Shown: piece after piece, positions 1 to 13,105 of the stretch
Numbering within the stretch: the stretch's first letter is position 1
How the letters are laid out: each line of letters opens with the position of its first letter
Origin: Cyanophora paradoxa CCMP329
Lineage: Eukaryota > Plantae > Glaucophyta
DNA: 64,000 nt
Assembly: GCA_004431415.1 (NCBI GenBank)
Contig: QPMI01000499.1
Coordinates: 124,001 to 188,000, forward strand
Direction of reading: 5' to 3'
Made by a program: the position numbers and the translations under genes
Notes under the pieces: generated by a model
Databases searched by the model: none
What the model saw: the letters and a program-made list of their open reading frames with translations, nothing else
Told to the model about the DNA's origin: nothing

Positions 1-117
1 TGCGGCGGGATGCGAACAATGAACTGCGCCGGCGGGAACTTCGGCTTGTCGTCTATTTCGTCTGTCATCGCGCGGCGCTTGTCCCTCACTGGGTAGACCC
101 CACTTCGTTCGCAACCC

Positions 118-2228
118 ATGCCGCGCCTCAAGCGCCGCGCGCCGTCGAGCGAATCGAGCTCGGAAAGCTCGAGCTCGAGCGAGGAAGAGGAGGCTAGCTC
201 GAGCGCTGGCGAGGAGGAGGCGAGCTCGAGCGGAGGCGACGTGCCGGCCGCAAGGGCGAGCGCCTTCCACGTACGCGCTCCGGGCTGCGCTGATGGTACC
301 GCGCAGCGTCCCGGCGGCACCTCGAATCGTACTCGATCCCGCACGCTGCGCTCCGCGCCAGCGCCGCCCGATCTGCAGCTGCCGCCCGCTCCCCAGCGCA
401 GGCGCAGGTTGCGCGTGCGCGAAGATGATGAAGAGGAGGAGGAACAGGTGAGCGGCGTTGCCCCGCCACGGCGCGTAAAAACGACTCGCCAACGGGCTCG
501 CAGCCGGCGTCCGCGGCCGATGCGGAACGTGAACTCTCGAGCGCGGCCGCGGGCGCCGGCGAGTCTGCAGAGGAGCCGGAAGAGTCTCAAGAGTCCGAGG
601 GGCCGGCTTCGGGAGAGCGCGGGTCCCAGCATCCGTCGCAGGCGTCGGATGCTGGCGCCAGCGACGGGGCACCGCCGCCGCCGCCGCGGATCATGATCGC
701 TAGCGTGCGGATCTGCGGCTTTAAGAGCTACCGCTGGCCCGCGGACGTTGGGCCCTTCCACCCGGGTCTCAACTGGCGCGGCCCCCCTCGCGCCCACGCC
801 TGCGCCAGCTGCAGGCCGGCTCACGTGCACACACCCTGCTCGCACACACAGCATCATCGGACCTAATGGATCTGGGAAAAGCTCGATAGTCGAAGGCGCG
901 CCGTCCCCCTAGCATCTGGCTAGCATTTCTAACGCCGCAGCCCGGCCGCGGCGGCCGGGCCTCTTTTAGCTCTCCTCTTCGTCCTCGGGCAGCGCGCGTC
1001 CGAGCTCCGCGGCCGCCGTGCGCGTACCCCGCGCCGCTCTCCATTTCCCTCCCTTTTTAACGTCCCCCGCAGGCCTCGAGAGCCTCGTGAACGACCGGAT
1101 CGCCGCCGCGGCCGCCGAGGGCGACGACACGGGCCTCTCGGAGCCCGCTGCCGTCTCCGTCCGCTTCGTCCGCGTCTCGTGCGTGCCTAGTACCCCCCGC
1201 GAGCCGCTTTCGAGCGTACATGTACCACCATTAAGGATCCGCCCCCAGGGGCGAGCACGTGTTCACGCTCACGCGGCGGCTGACGGGGGATTACCTGGTG
1301 GCCCGCGGGGGCGAGGCGCCGCGGAAGACGAGCAAGCGGGAGGCGGCGGAGGCGCTGGCCGAGCACGGGCTGGACTCCCCGGACCGCTTCGTCATCATGC
1401 AGGCGCGGCTGCTGACTAATTATAATTAAATTAGATCCTTTTCAATCAACTGAGTCTAAGGAGACTCGAGCTCGCAGGCGCGGACGAGCGCCGTGGCGCA
1501 GCGTGGCCCTCTCCAGCTCCTGGCTTACCTAGAGACGGTACCCCCCACCGCTTTGGGGGTACCCCGCCCCGCCGCCGGTTTACAGGGGGGCAGATCATTG
1601 GCACCAGCAGCCTCCGGGAGCAAGCGGCAGAGAAGGTGCGCGCGAACAGAGCGGCCGGTGTCGATCTGGGTGCGAGGGGGGTACGCAGCGCAAGGAGGCG
1701 GAGGCGGGGCAGGAGGTGCAGCGGGCGGCGGAGGCGGAGCTCGAGGGCGTCGCTGAGCGGCGGGCGGCGCTGGCACCCGCGCTCGCGGCGTGGCGACGGG
1801 CCGAGGAGGCCGCCGCCGCCGCGCGCCTCGAGAAGGAATTCGCGGCGCGGGCCGCCCTGGCCCTGGAGCGGTCGCGCGCCGCCCTCGCCGAAGCCTCCGC
1901 CCGCCGGCACGCCGCCCGCGCCGCCGGGCTCCGCCGCGCCGCCGCCGCCGCCGAGGCCGCGCTTGCTCCGTCTCCCGCGAGGCGCGCCGCGCCCACGTTG
2001 CCTTGCAAGCCGGCGCGTGCGCGCGCGCTTCTCTAAGGTGCCGCAGGCTTCGGAGGCGGCGGCGGGCGAGGCCCGGGCCGCGGGGGCGCATCGCGAAGCG
2101 GCGGCAGCGGCCGACGCGGAGGGCAAGACCGCTGGGCGCCTCAGGGCGGCCGCCAAGAAAGCAACCGAGCGGGTCCATCATCTGTCCGCCCTCTTTCATC
2201 GCGATCTTCTGAGGGCCGGGGCCGCGCA

Positions 2229-2260
<32 letters not shown>

Positions 2261-5200
2261 CGGAGAAGCGGCGCGCGGGAGCGGAGGCGGAGGCGCGGGC
2301 GGCGCGGGAGGAGCTGGAGCGGGCCGAGCGGGAGGCGGCGGCCCGCGAGGCGGCGCCCGGGGGAGGGGCGGTGCAGGGGTACGCCGCCTCAGGGAACTCG
2401 AGGCGGCCCCGGGTACGCCGCGGCGGTGCGGCGGGAGGCGGCGGCGCGGCGGGCAGCCCAGGCGGAGCAGGAGCGCGCGGCGGCGGCAGAGGCGGCGCGG
2501 AGCGGCCGAGGGGGCGGCGCGGGAGGCGCGGGCGGCGAGCGAGGCCGCCGGAGGGAAGCTACCAGGCTGGCGGTGCGCTCTTTTGCATCGCTTCTCTTCA
2601 TTCTGCTCGGTGCCGATCGACGGACGCCGCAGGCGGAGGCGGAGGCGGCGCGGCGAGAGGCGGCGGAGGCGGAGGCGCCACATCGCTCCGCCTCATGCTC
2701 GACGCCGCCAACGTGCGCTTTTCGGTTAATCTTCAAAACCACGCGGCCGCGTCTTACACTTGTCGCGCAGGCTGAGGAGCGGCTCTCGGCGCTCGCGGCG
2801 CGCCTGCGGGAGCCCTCCGGAGCCGCAGGCGGCGGCGGCGGCGGCGGCGCCGGGCCGGCCCCGCGCGGCTTCGAGGCGGCCGCGCGGGCGGCGCAGGGGG
2901 AGCTGGGGCCGAACCGCGTCCGCGGCATGCTGAAGGACCTCGCGTCGGTCAAGCCTGCCCACCGTGCCGCCCTCAACGCCGTCCTCGGCGGTGCTCGGCG
3001 GTGCTTACGCCTCCCTCTTGCTTCCCGACCGATTCCGCTGCAGGGGCGCTGGGGCGGGTGCTGGTCGTCGACACGCGAGAGACGGCGCGGAAGGTGGCCG
3101 CCACCTTCGCGCGCGCCCGAGCCGGCCTCGTCACCTGCGACATCCTCGACGGTGCCCCCGGAGACCTACTCAAGTATTCCTAGATCTAACCCCCACGCAG
3201 AGCTGCCGCCGGCGGGCCCCGGCCCAGCTCCCCCCGCGGCCGCGGGCGGCCCCTGCGCCCCGCTCCTGCCCTCCCTGCGGTACTCCGCCCCGGACGTGGC
3301 GCCCATCTTCGCCCGCCGCGTGGGCGCCTGGCTCGTTGCTCCCGACGCCAAGACCGCGGCGGCGGCCGCCTACGCCGCGGGGCGCCGCCGCGACGTCGCG
3401 ACGCTCGCGGGAGAGCTCTTCCGCTCCAGCGGAGAGGTCGTTTCGGCCCCGGCCGGGGCGCAGGGCGGCCCCGGGGCCTTCGATGTTCCGGCGACGGGGG
3501 CGCCGGCCGCGCCGGCGCCCGCGTCCCTGTCGGGCGAGGAGCGGGCCCGCATCGAAGAGGAGCGGGACAAGATGGCCGAGCGCGCCGCGGTGCGCCGTTG
3601 CTCAAAGCGCTTTCTCCGGCGAACAGCTAAGCTGGCTTTGTGTTTTGTAACAGGCGCTGAAGGCCCAGCTGGAGGCGGCGGAGGCGAAGGTCGCCGGCTG
3701 CCGCAGGCGCGCGGCGGAGGCCGAGGCCGCCCTCGCGCGCCTCCGCATCGCCGGCGGGCCCGCCGGCGCCGGCCCCGAGGCCGCCGCCGGACTCGAGCAG
3801 CGAGCAGCAGCTCTGCGGGGCGAGGCGGCCGCCGCGCGCCGGCGGAGCGACGCGGCGGCGTCTGCGGCGGCGGAGGCGGCGGCGCACCCGCTGCTGCGGG
3901 AGCGGGCCGCCCTCCTCGCGTCCCTGCCGGAGGGCGCGCGCACCGCCCTCGCGGAAGACGCTGCCGCTGATCGCGCGGCCGAGCGGCTCCCCGCCCTCCG
4001 CGCCGCCGCGGCGGCCCTCCCGCGCGCATCGCGGCGGCCGCCGCGCGGTCCGAGGAGGCTTTGCGCAAGGCCGAGGAGGCGGCCGAGGAGGCACGCCGTC
4101 CCCCTGCCTCGTTTTTGATGATCTCAGCCGGCTCTGCAGGAGCGGAAGGCGGCCGCAGAGTCCGAGGCGCACGGCGGGGCGGCCGCGCAGGCGCGGGCGG
4201 CGCTGGCGGCGGCCGCCGCGGCGCTCAAGAAGGCATCGTCCCGCGCGGCCGAGGCGCGCGCGCGCGCGCAACGTCATCGCGGCTCCGCGTCCGCTTTCGA
4301 AGGTTTTTGATGGGCGGCGCAGGCCCGGGGCGCCTGGGTGAGGCAGAAGAGGCGCTGCGCGCGGCCCGCGGGCAGCGGCGGAGGCGGAGGCGCAGCGCGC
4401 CTCGGCCGCTGCGGAGGCCGAGCGGCGCGCCGCCGCGGCGAGCGAGGTCTGCGTCTTGAAGCTACATCCTAAGCTTGAAATTTGATCGGCCGCGGCGGCA
4501 GATCGAGGGGCGGTGCAGCGCGGGGATGGAGGCCGGGAGCGAGGAGCTGCGCGCCCGCCTGGACGACCTGGCTGCCCTGGGCGGGGACGAGGAGAAGGAG
4601 GCGGAGGAGGAGGAGGATGGGGTGGAGGACCGGCCCGTGGAACCTGAGGCCAAGGCGAAGCCGCGGAAGAAAGGGGCGCGGCGGCGGAGGCTCAGGAGGG
4701 CGGGGCGGCGGCGCGCGGGCGAGGAGGACGAGGATGACGACGAGGAGGACGGGGCGGACAAAGAAGAAGACGAAGACAGCGACGGGAAGGCACGGCGGGG
4801 CAGAGGTAGGGGAAAGCTGAGGAGGGCCGGAGGGCGCCGAGGGGTCAAGGACGAGGAGGACGAGGAGGAGGAGGAGGACGAGGACGACGAGGGCAAGGAA
4901 GGGATCGGCGGGGCGAAGGAGGAGGAGCGGGCAGAGGCCGCGAAGGCGGAGGCGGAGGAGAAGGCTGCCGCGAGGCGCGTCTCCGCCCTCGCGGTGCGTT
5001 CCCCGTACCCCCGTTCCGGGTCGATTGTGATTTTATTCGGTACCCAGGACGCGTCCCGGCGGGCGGCGGCGGCGTCGGAGCGGGCGGCGGCCCTCGCGGA
5101 GGCGCTCCGGCGTGACGTCGACCCCGCCGTTCGCCCCTGTACCCCCCTCCACGCCTTCTTTCCTCACGCGCCGCAGGCCCTCGCGGAGGAGGTTGAGCTC

Positions 5201-6077
5201 CGCGGGAAGCGCGCGGAGCTCGAGACGCGCGCCGCCGCCGCACGGGCCGCCTCCGCCGTGCGCGTTCGAATCCCCCCGGGAGCCTTTTCCTTTCATTCAT
5301 GATCACCTGAGCCGGGGCGCGCAGGAGGCGGCGCGGGAGGGGGTACGCCTGGAGGAGGAGCGTTCCTCCACTTTCTCCGCGGCGCTCGCGAGGCTCAACG
5401 CGGCCGCCTCGGCGGCCTTCCGGAGGCTCAGCGAGCACGGGGACTGCGCCCTGTGGGTCCCGGAGGCCGCCGCCGCCCTGGACGACGCGGGGGTATCGTT
5501 CACCGTCAAGCCCGACCGCGGCCACTGGCGCCCTGTGCGCGCCCGCGAATTGAATCGGACCGCGTACCCCCCTCATATGTGTACCCCCGCTCGTGCGCAG
5601 TTCTCGGAGCTGAGCGGCGGCCAGCAGGCCCTCGCCGCCGTCGCCCTCTCGCTCGGGTACGATCGCTCTCGTTCCTCTCTCGCACCCCCCAAGCGCCGAC
5701 CCCTCGTGCCCCCCAGCATCCAGGCGGCGTACCCCTCGCCCCTGTACATCTTCGACGAGGTCGACGCCGCGCTCGACAGCGTCAACGGTGCGGGCTAGCT
5801 AGCGTTCCTTTGCAGGCCGCTTTCAGAGATTCACACTTGCTCCCTCCGCAGCGGACCGGGTGGGGGAGTACGTGCGCGACGTGGCCCGGCAGGGCGTCGC
5901 CCAGTTCATCATCGTATCCCTCCGCCCGCAGGCCCGCCCGCCTGCCCGCCCGCTCGCCCCGCTCACCCGATCTTATTTCCCGCGGATGCACAGATGTACG
6001 AGAAGGCGTCGCGGCTCGTAGGCGTGTACCAGCTGCACGGCTCCTCTCGCGCCGTCGCCGTCTCGTTCGAGGAGTAG
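118..6077 (+). CDS. SMC4: SMC-family ATPase, SMC4 (condensin)-like, divergent; multi-exon
   Basis: Spliced translation gives an acidic N-terminal extension, then PRIMIASVRICGFKSY..GPFHPGLNCIIGPNGSGKSSIVEALLFVLG (Walker A), a hinge-like GRVLVVDTRETARKVAATFARARAGLVTCDILD, and a C-terminal LSGGQQALAAVALSL..PSPLYIFDEVDAALD..AQFIIVSLRPQMYEKASRLVGVY (signature, Walker B, D-loop). Internal exon boundaries are only partly resolved. Confidence 0.85.
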
Positions 6078-6302
6078 GCGGGTTGAACAATTCAAACCGC
6101 ACACAATGTACAGCCGAGGGTGATTCTACGAGGCTGGCGCACGGGGCTTGAAAGCGCTGCCCTGATTCATTGAGCAATAGCGCTCGCTGCAGGTCCGGTC
6201 GCAGGACTCGGCGCCATGCCTCGCAAGCCGAATCGAGGTGAAAGCCGGAGAACGACGCGTCTTTCTTGAAGCAGGATGACGTCACGTAGTACGACGCAAC
6301 GT

Positions 6303-6590
6303 TCAGGGGCTGCCTGCGGCCAGCTGCTGATGCCTCCGCATCTCCTGCAGAACCTGAGGCGCGGCTTTGAGACGCGGCTAGAAAGATAGAGGTTGCTTGG
6401 GCGCCGCACCGCGGCGATTGCTGTCGGCGTGACCTGCATCTGAACGAGCTGGACGATCTGCGCGGCGGCTGAGCGCAGCAAAGCGTTTGCAAGGCATGCA
6501 GTGCACCGCCTCGACGACGTTCGGCTTGAACTCGATGCCGACGTGCTGCACAAGCTCGCGGATCGCCTCCACCTTGGCCGCGATGTCCAT
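6303..6590 (-). CDS. MOZART1/MZT-like gamma-tubulin complex microprotein (3 exons, about 60 aa)
   Basis: Removing two phase-0 GT-AG introns gives MDIAAKVEAIRELVQHVGIEFKPNVVEAIVQLVQMQVTPTAIAAVLQEMRRHQQLAAGSP*, which matches the size and helical pattern of MZT1/MZT2. Confidence 0.6.
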
Positions 6591-6979
6591 GGCGGCCCTG
6601 AACGCTCAAACTATCGACAGTGCAGAGAGCTATGATCTGCGCTTCTCGCGGGCGCGCTGCAGCTGTTCTGAGCTAAACCGCCGTTCAACTTCACGTTTCC
6701 CGTACCCGCACAAAAGCAGGTCCGGCCTCAACGACGAAAGCGCGGCGCTCCAGAGCCACGCATTTCTGTGGAGCATTCCAGGCTCTGCTGTTTGCAACCC
6801 ACAGCGCGGCCTAGCTGCGCGTTTCGCCTCCCTTTACTTCCGTCGCCGCATCGTCCGGCGTTGGACGCCAGCAGCGGCCGAGCGATCCGCGTGCCGCGGC
6901 TTCAGCCAGCGCACGCGGACTGCTGGACGGCGTCGCGGCAGCCGGGTCAAAGTTGTGGCTGGCCAGCTAAGCTGCGGAC

Positions 6980-9900
6980 ATGGAGCACACGAACACGGTG
7001 GTGAGGGTGGAAGACCGTTTCGTGGTGGACAAGGTGTGCACTCTAGATGCGCGCTCGCCGCCCGCATACCGACACCTCCCTGCAGCTGATCGGCAAGGGG
7101 AGCTTCGGACGAGTTCACCTCGCCACGGACAAGCGGACGAATGAGCGAGTCGTCTTGTAAGTGCGCCTCCTTTGCCGATCACCTCGTGCTGACGCGCGTC
7201 CCCGCGCAGGAAATTCGTCAGCCTCGGTGAGGCCGCGCCGCCATTCCCTGTGCCTCCCAGCTGACGCGGCGGGCAGAGGGCACGCAGGAGGAGCGCGAGG
7301 ACTCTCTCAACGAGGTGAACGTCCTATCCCAGCTGCAGCACCCGAACATCATCCAGCTCCACGTCCGCGGCCCCGCCCGCCCGCCCGCCCAGCGCCGCTC
7401 CGACCCGCCCGCCCTCCCGCCGCCGAGCGCGCGCCCCCGGCAGGAATCGTTCTTCAACGACAAGGGCGAGCTGGTGATCTCGATGGCGTACGCGGACGGC
7501 GGCGACCTGCACGAGCGCATCCAGGCCGCCCTTAAGGCCGGCACGCACTTCTCCGAGGACGTGCGCCTTCCGCTCGTTCCCGCCCCGCCCGCCCGCGCTT
7601 CGTACGCGGCTGACCCTCCCCACCTCCCCTCAGCAAATACTGGGTTCGCCGAGGCTCTTAGCTAACCCCCGCGCCGCCCCGCCCAACCGCCCCAACATTT
7701 GACCTCCGCGCCCGCCTGCAGACTGGTTCGTCCAGATGTGCCTTGCGCTCCAATACATGCACAGCAAGCGCCTCATGTGCGCGCCCGCCCTGCCCCGCCC
7801 GCCTCCCCATCTAGCCTCCCCCTGACAGCGCGCTCAGCCACCGGGACCTGAAGAGCAAGAACATCTTCGTGACGTCCGGAAACATCATCAAGCTGGGTGC
7901 GCCTCGCTTTGGCCCCGCCCGCCTCTCTTTTATGCTGAGGCACCCCCGCGCCGCGCCGCCCCGTCCCGACCCGCCCCGCAGGTGACTTTGGCATCGCTCG
8001 CGTGCTGAAGGGCACGATGGACATGGCGCAAACCGTGCGCCGTACCCCTTCCCCCCTCCCCCCAAATCCTCTGACAAGTCACCCGGCCCGCTCGTCCCCG
8101 TCTCGTAGTTCGTCGGCTCGCCCTTTTACATGGCACCGGAGATGGTGCAGAACAAGCCGTACAACATGAAGAGGTGCCGTACCCCCCTTCCGCCCGCCCC
8201 GCCATTCCGCCGCCCTCCTGACTTTCGGGCCCCCCCAGCGACGTCTGGTGCGACCGCCCCGCGCCCGGGCCCCGGCGCGCCAGGCTCTTTCCCCCTCCCC
8301 CCTAACCCCCGACGGCGCCGCAGGGCCCTCGGATGCGTCGTGTACGAGCTCGCGTGCGTGCTCCCCCGCCTCGATCGCGCCTGTACCCCGACCGACCGCC
8401 CCGCAGGACCCTCAAGCACGCCTTCACGGCGCAGCACTTCCCCGCCCTCGTCCTCAAGATCCTCAAGGGCGCGTCTCTGCTCCCGCTTCCGCTCCGGTGA
8501 CGGACGTACCCCCCGCTCATCTCGCCCCCCCCCCTTCTGCAGGCTCGTACCCCCCGATCCCGTCGAGCTACTCGCAGGAGTTTCGCGACCTCGTCTCCAG
8601 CATGCTCCACCAGAAGCCCGAGTCCAGGTTCGCGAATCCCCCCCCCCCCCCCCCCCCCTCCCTCCCTCGCCCGGTCCTGACGGGCGCGGTGCGGGCGCGC
8701 AGGCCGTCGATGAACGTCATCCTGCAGACGCCGATCGTGAAGGCGCGCGCCCTGCTGCACGTCAGCGCCATCTCCGCGGACCCCACCTGGTTCGTTCGCT
8801 CTGAAGAGCCCCGACGAGCTCAGCGCGTCGCTCGCTCACTGGGCGCCGCTCAGCGCTGCGATCGGCGAGCCGAACGAGCCCCACAAGAAGAAGAAGAAGG
8901 CACGCCGCGCCCGCGCCCGTCCCCGCCGTGACGCGGGTCCTGGGGGGTACACACGTCGCTGAGCATCGCCTCCCCCCCCCCTCGCAGATCCTGAAGAAGA
9001 AGAAAAAGAAGAAGAAGGTGGAGAAGGGGGACAGCAAGAACTCCACGACGACGTCCGTGGGGGAGAAGCCCAAGAAGAAGGCCGCGGCGGGGGCCAAGGG
9101 CGCCGCCAAGGGCGGCAAGAAGAAGGCCGCCTCGGGCCACAAGGTGCCGCCCACGCGCCCCCTGTCCCGGTCTCCTCCGAGTACGAAACGCGGGGCCAGG
9201 CGGAGGCGGCGGAGGAGGTGCGGCGGCTGGCGGAGGAGAAGGCCCGCCTGGAGGCCGAGGTCTTGATCCTACAGGCGAGCCTCGAGGCCGCCACGCTCCA
9301 CGCCGCCCGCGCCACGCAGCCGCCCGCCGCCCCCGCCGCGGCCCCCGCGCCGGCGCCGTCGACGGGGACGGCGGCGAGCGGGGGCGGGCACGACACGGAG
9401 GAGGGGGAAGAAGCCGAGGAGGTGTACGAGGACGACTTCGAGGAGCTGGAGGAGGACGGGGAGAGCTCCGACGAGGAGTCGCGCTACGCCGAGGAGTGGG
9501 ACGCCGTGCGCGCGGCCGTACCCCCCTCTGATCAGATCTGATCTCATCTGATTTGATCCGATCTGATGCGAGCTCAGGCGGGCGGGGCGGGCGGGGCGGA
9601 CGAGGGCGAGGTGAACGCGAACGTGCAGAAGTACGCGGACGCGGTCCGGGCGCAGCTCGTCGCCGCCGGCCGCGCAGGCCGTGCGCCCTTTCTTCGGTTC
9701 AAGGATTTGCGTGGCCGTTTATGGTCGCTGACGGCGGGGCGGGCGGGCGGGCGCAGCGGAGGACGACGAGGAGGAGGGGTACGGGGAGGCGGAGGAGGCG
9801 GCGTCGGGCTCGGGGACCGCGGCGTCCCTCCCGAGCGGCGGGGGCGCGACGGCGCGGGACCCGCTGCCCTCGGCGCGCTCGGCCGGCGGCGCGGCGACGG

Positions 9901-10412
9901 TGACGGGCGCCGTTGCCGGCGGCGACTCGAACAGCCTCTCGCTCACGGCCCGCGTCCAGCGCCTGAGGCAGTACTGCATCGACGGGCGCGCCCTTCTCCC
10001 TCCTCGACCCCGCCCTCGCTTGCTCTCGGCCTGGAAGCGAACGGCGCGGCGCGCGCAGGCTGGGCCCGCAGCTCTTTGCGCGGGTGTGGGAGTTCCTGCA
10101 GGAGCGGGGCGCACTCTTCCGCGAGGAGGACGACGAGCTGGTCATGAAGAGTGCGCCGGCGCCGGCCCCGCGTCGGACGCGCGGCTGATCGCCGCGGGTC
10201 CGCAGTCGAGCTGACGAGTATCATGGGGGAGGAGCGCATCGGGTTCTGGCCCATGCTCGGTCCGCATGCCCGCCTGCATCCGAGTCCGGCCCCGTTTTGC
10301 CCCCGCGTCTGACGCGCGCGGCCCGGGCGCAGAGGAGCTGCTGTACTTCGATAGCCTGCTCGAGGAGGGCATCCTGGGGGCGCCCCTCCAGCGGGGCGAC
10401 AGCACCGTCTAG
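6980..10412 (+). CDS. NIMA-related Ser/Thr kinase (NEK1-like); multi-exon
   Basis: Spliced motifs IGKGSFG, VVLK, LQHPNII, DWFVQMCLALQYMH, HRDLKSKNIF, DFGIARVL, GSPFYMAPE, SDVWALG, plus a NEK1-like C-terminal RVQRLRQYCIDGLGPQLF segment. Confidence 0.92.
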
Positions 10413-10756
10413 GCCTAGGGCTGCCAGCCCGCTAGCCGACTTTTCCCTTTTTCTGAGTTCACCGAATTGGATCTAGAGTGCCTCGCAAATCTGCGGGAGC
10501 GAAAGCGACAGCGAAGCAATCGTGGCAGAGATGCGTACACGAGCGCGCCGCGCCGCGCGGCCGTGGCAGATCTAGAGCACTAGCGCTAGCGCGGCGCTCA
10601 GCGCTGAGTAGTGCGCAGCGCGGCCGCCGCGGCCGGGCGCTCAGCGCTGAGCGCGGCGCAGCGCGCAGAACGGGGGGTACAGCCTCGCCCTCGCGGGCAA
10701 TAGTTGGGCTAGCTAGCTGCGCGCGCAAGCAGTGCCGCGCCAGGCGTTACGGTCGG

Positions 10757-12932
10757 ATGGCCGTGCCCATACCTGGAGCCGTCGATCGGGTGAGAACCGG
10801 CAGGCTATAATGCCCGGCGCCGCCGGCCGCTTCGCGTCCCGTGCTTCCGGCTCAGGCTGACGCGCTCGATAGGACCTTTACGCGATCTTGGGAGTGCCAA
10901 AAGATGGTGCACCTCGCCCCGCAGCCCGCCCCGCCGTCGCGGAGCGCTCAGACTCGGTCCCTGCAGCCTCTTCCGAGGAGCTGAAGACCGCCTACAGGCG
11001 TATTGTTCTTTATCATCATCCAGATAGGTCAGCCGATGTGTGGTTGGCGCTGGAAACGAAGAGTCGCACGCAGGCACAACTTGATCCTCGCGCAGGCACC
11101 TCGATCCGCAGCGCAAGGCGACCGCGACGCAGGAATTCCACCAGATTCAGTATGCATACACCGCGCTCACCGATCGTACGCCCCGCCGGCCACGTAATGA
11201 TTCCGCCTGGCTAACTTACCGACCCGGGTCGTCTTACGCGTTCCGCCTACCTTTGCTGGCCGGTAGCTAACTGGAGGGAGCTGTACGACCGATGCGGGCA
11301 CGAGGGCCTGCGTGCTGCGATGGAACGTGCGCGTTGATCTGGGCCGCCGGCGCCGCGCGCGAATGCGCAACTCGAATTTGATTCGGTTGCGGATCGCAGT
11401 CGGACAGCACCTGAGCGTGCGGGAGTTTCTGAAGGCGAAATTCGAGCGCGAGCAGAGGGCAGTGGAGCACAAGCTGGAGGCCCGGCTCAACCAGCATGCG
11501 ACCTTGACCATGCAGTTCGACGGGAGGAAGACACTGCCTCAAGGACTCGCGCCGGCCCTGGTCCGGTCGATGGGCGACATGGACGTGCAGATGCCGATCT
11601 CGTCCCGAGATCTCATCATCGTTGGCGGAAGCATTGACAACGTCGAGTCTGGAGACGGTCAGTTCGAATCAGAGCTCTGGGTTTGTGCCCTACCTCGTCT
11701 TGACGTTGTCATCGCACATTGCAGGGCGAGGATCGTCAAGCTTGCACTCGACGTTCAGGAGGCAGTTTGGGGGGGGCGCCTACACGGAGGTGCATCTCTA
11801 TGCAGAGTGTTAATCTGGCCATAGTGGCAAAGTGTATGCAGTCGCTGACGTCTTGTTTATTCCCAGATTTCCACCGTCCTCTCGAAATCCGGAAGCACGT
11901 TCAACATGAAAGTGAGGAGGAGAGTAAAAAACGTGTGTATTGGGGAGATGATCGTCAGTTTCGGCAACGGAATCGCGATGACGGTGGTAGCAAACAAGCA
12001 GCTGAGTGAGAACTCGACGGGCAGCATCAACGTCAACAACGCAGGCAGTAAGTTGCACGGCTTTCTAGTATAGATAAGCTCCTTTCCTCATCTTCTCTCG
12101 CAGTTGTAACAATCTCTTTCTCAAGAAGATCTCCACGAACCCAGAGCAACATGCTCTTGAAGGTGCAGTCTGCAACATTGGCCCTGTGAAAGGCAACTGA
12201 ATCCTTTCAGCTCGGAGCCAAGTTCTTTGGCTTTGGGCTGAAGTACAGCCGCATGGTCTCTCGTTTGTCGTCCCTTATCATGGGTTCGATGCTGTGCAGC
12301 TGACTCAGTCATGCTTCCATGTCTTATTTGGCCTACGTGCACTTTCAGGATTCAAGTGCACGCTGAAGGGAGTGGAGTTCGAGACAGGAGGATCTAGGCA
12401 GCTGAGTGCAAGGACATCCGTTGCATACTCGCTAGTCTGTGGTGCAGCGGGCGTGTCCGCAAAGATAAGGCAGGCTTACACCTCTCCCAAGCTTATGCTC
12501 ATGCGCTCACCCTGAACTTCCGACGACAGAGTCTCACGAGGAGGGACTCGCTTCGTCTTTCCTGTGAGGGCCCTTCTTATCCATTGCGTACGTAGTAGCA
12601 GCTGATCTTTTCGTGCCGCAGATCGCCCTGTCTAGTCAAGTTGCTCCTTTGTTTGTGGCTGGTGGCCTCCTAGTCCCTGGAGTCGTAGCTGCGCTTGTGA
12701 AGCACTTCATCCTTGTGGTACCCATGCTTCTACATCTGCTTCAGCTTCTGAATTCGTTCGCTGACGTGCCTTCAGCCTTTGAAGCAATCGAAGCTGGAGA
12801 AGGAGAGGAGAAGGGAAGAGGCAGCCACAGCGCACACAGAAACAGGTGAATTCGAATTCAAAGAGAAGAAGGCAGCGGGCCCAAGCGTTAGCGTGTTGTA
12901 ACATAAATCTTGCAGCCGGGAGGCCGGACTGA
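10757..12932 (+). CDS. DnaJ/Hsp40 protein, DNAJC11-like; multi-exon
   Basis: J-domain DLYAILGV..ELKTAYRRIVLYHHPD..FHQIQYAY..RELYD, a central beta-rich region, and a hydrophobic IALSSQVAPLFVAGGLLVPGVVAALVKHFILV segment as in DNAJC11. The 3' end is inferred. Confidence 0.7.
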
Positions 12933-13105
12933 ATGCTCCGATGTACCATCATCTAGATATCCTTTTTTAGAGACTGTGCTGCTGGAGCTACCAGCAGATT
13001 TTTCTGATGCAGATAATTGTAGATAGTCTGTAGATCGAATGAGGCAGATAGACTTATGGAGAACCTGTGTATTTGATCTCAATTTTTCATAAGCATACAC
13101 CGTCT

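Noticed and set aside
1446-4896. Many overlapping Arg/Ala/Pro-rich ORFs
   Set aside because: Stop-poor GC-rich DNA read through introns; explained by the spliced SMC gene.
7158-7160. Apparent in-frame TAA in the NEK kinase (VVL*), suggesting stop-codon reassignment
   Set aside because: It is part of a GTAAGT splice donor. Splicing gives VVLKFVSL, and other genes here end in TAA/TAG normally.
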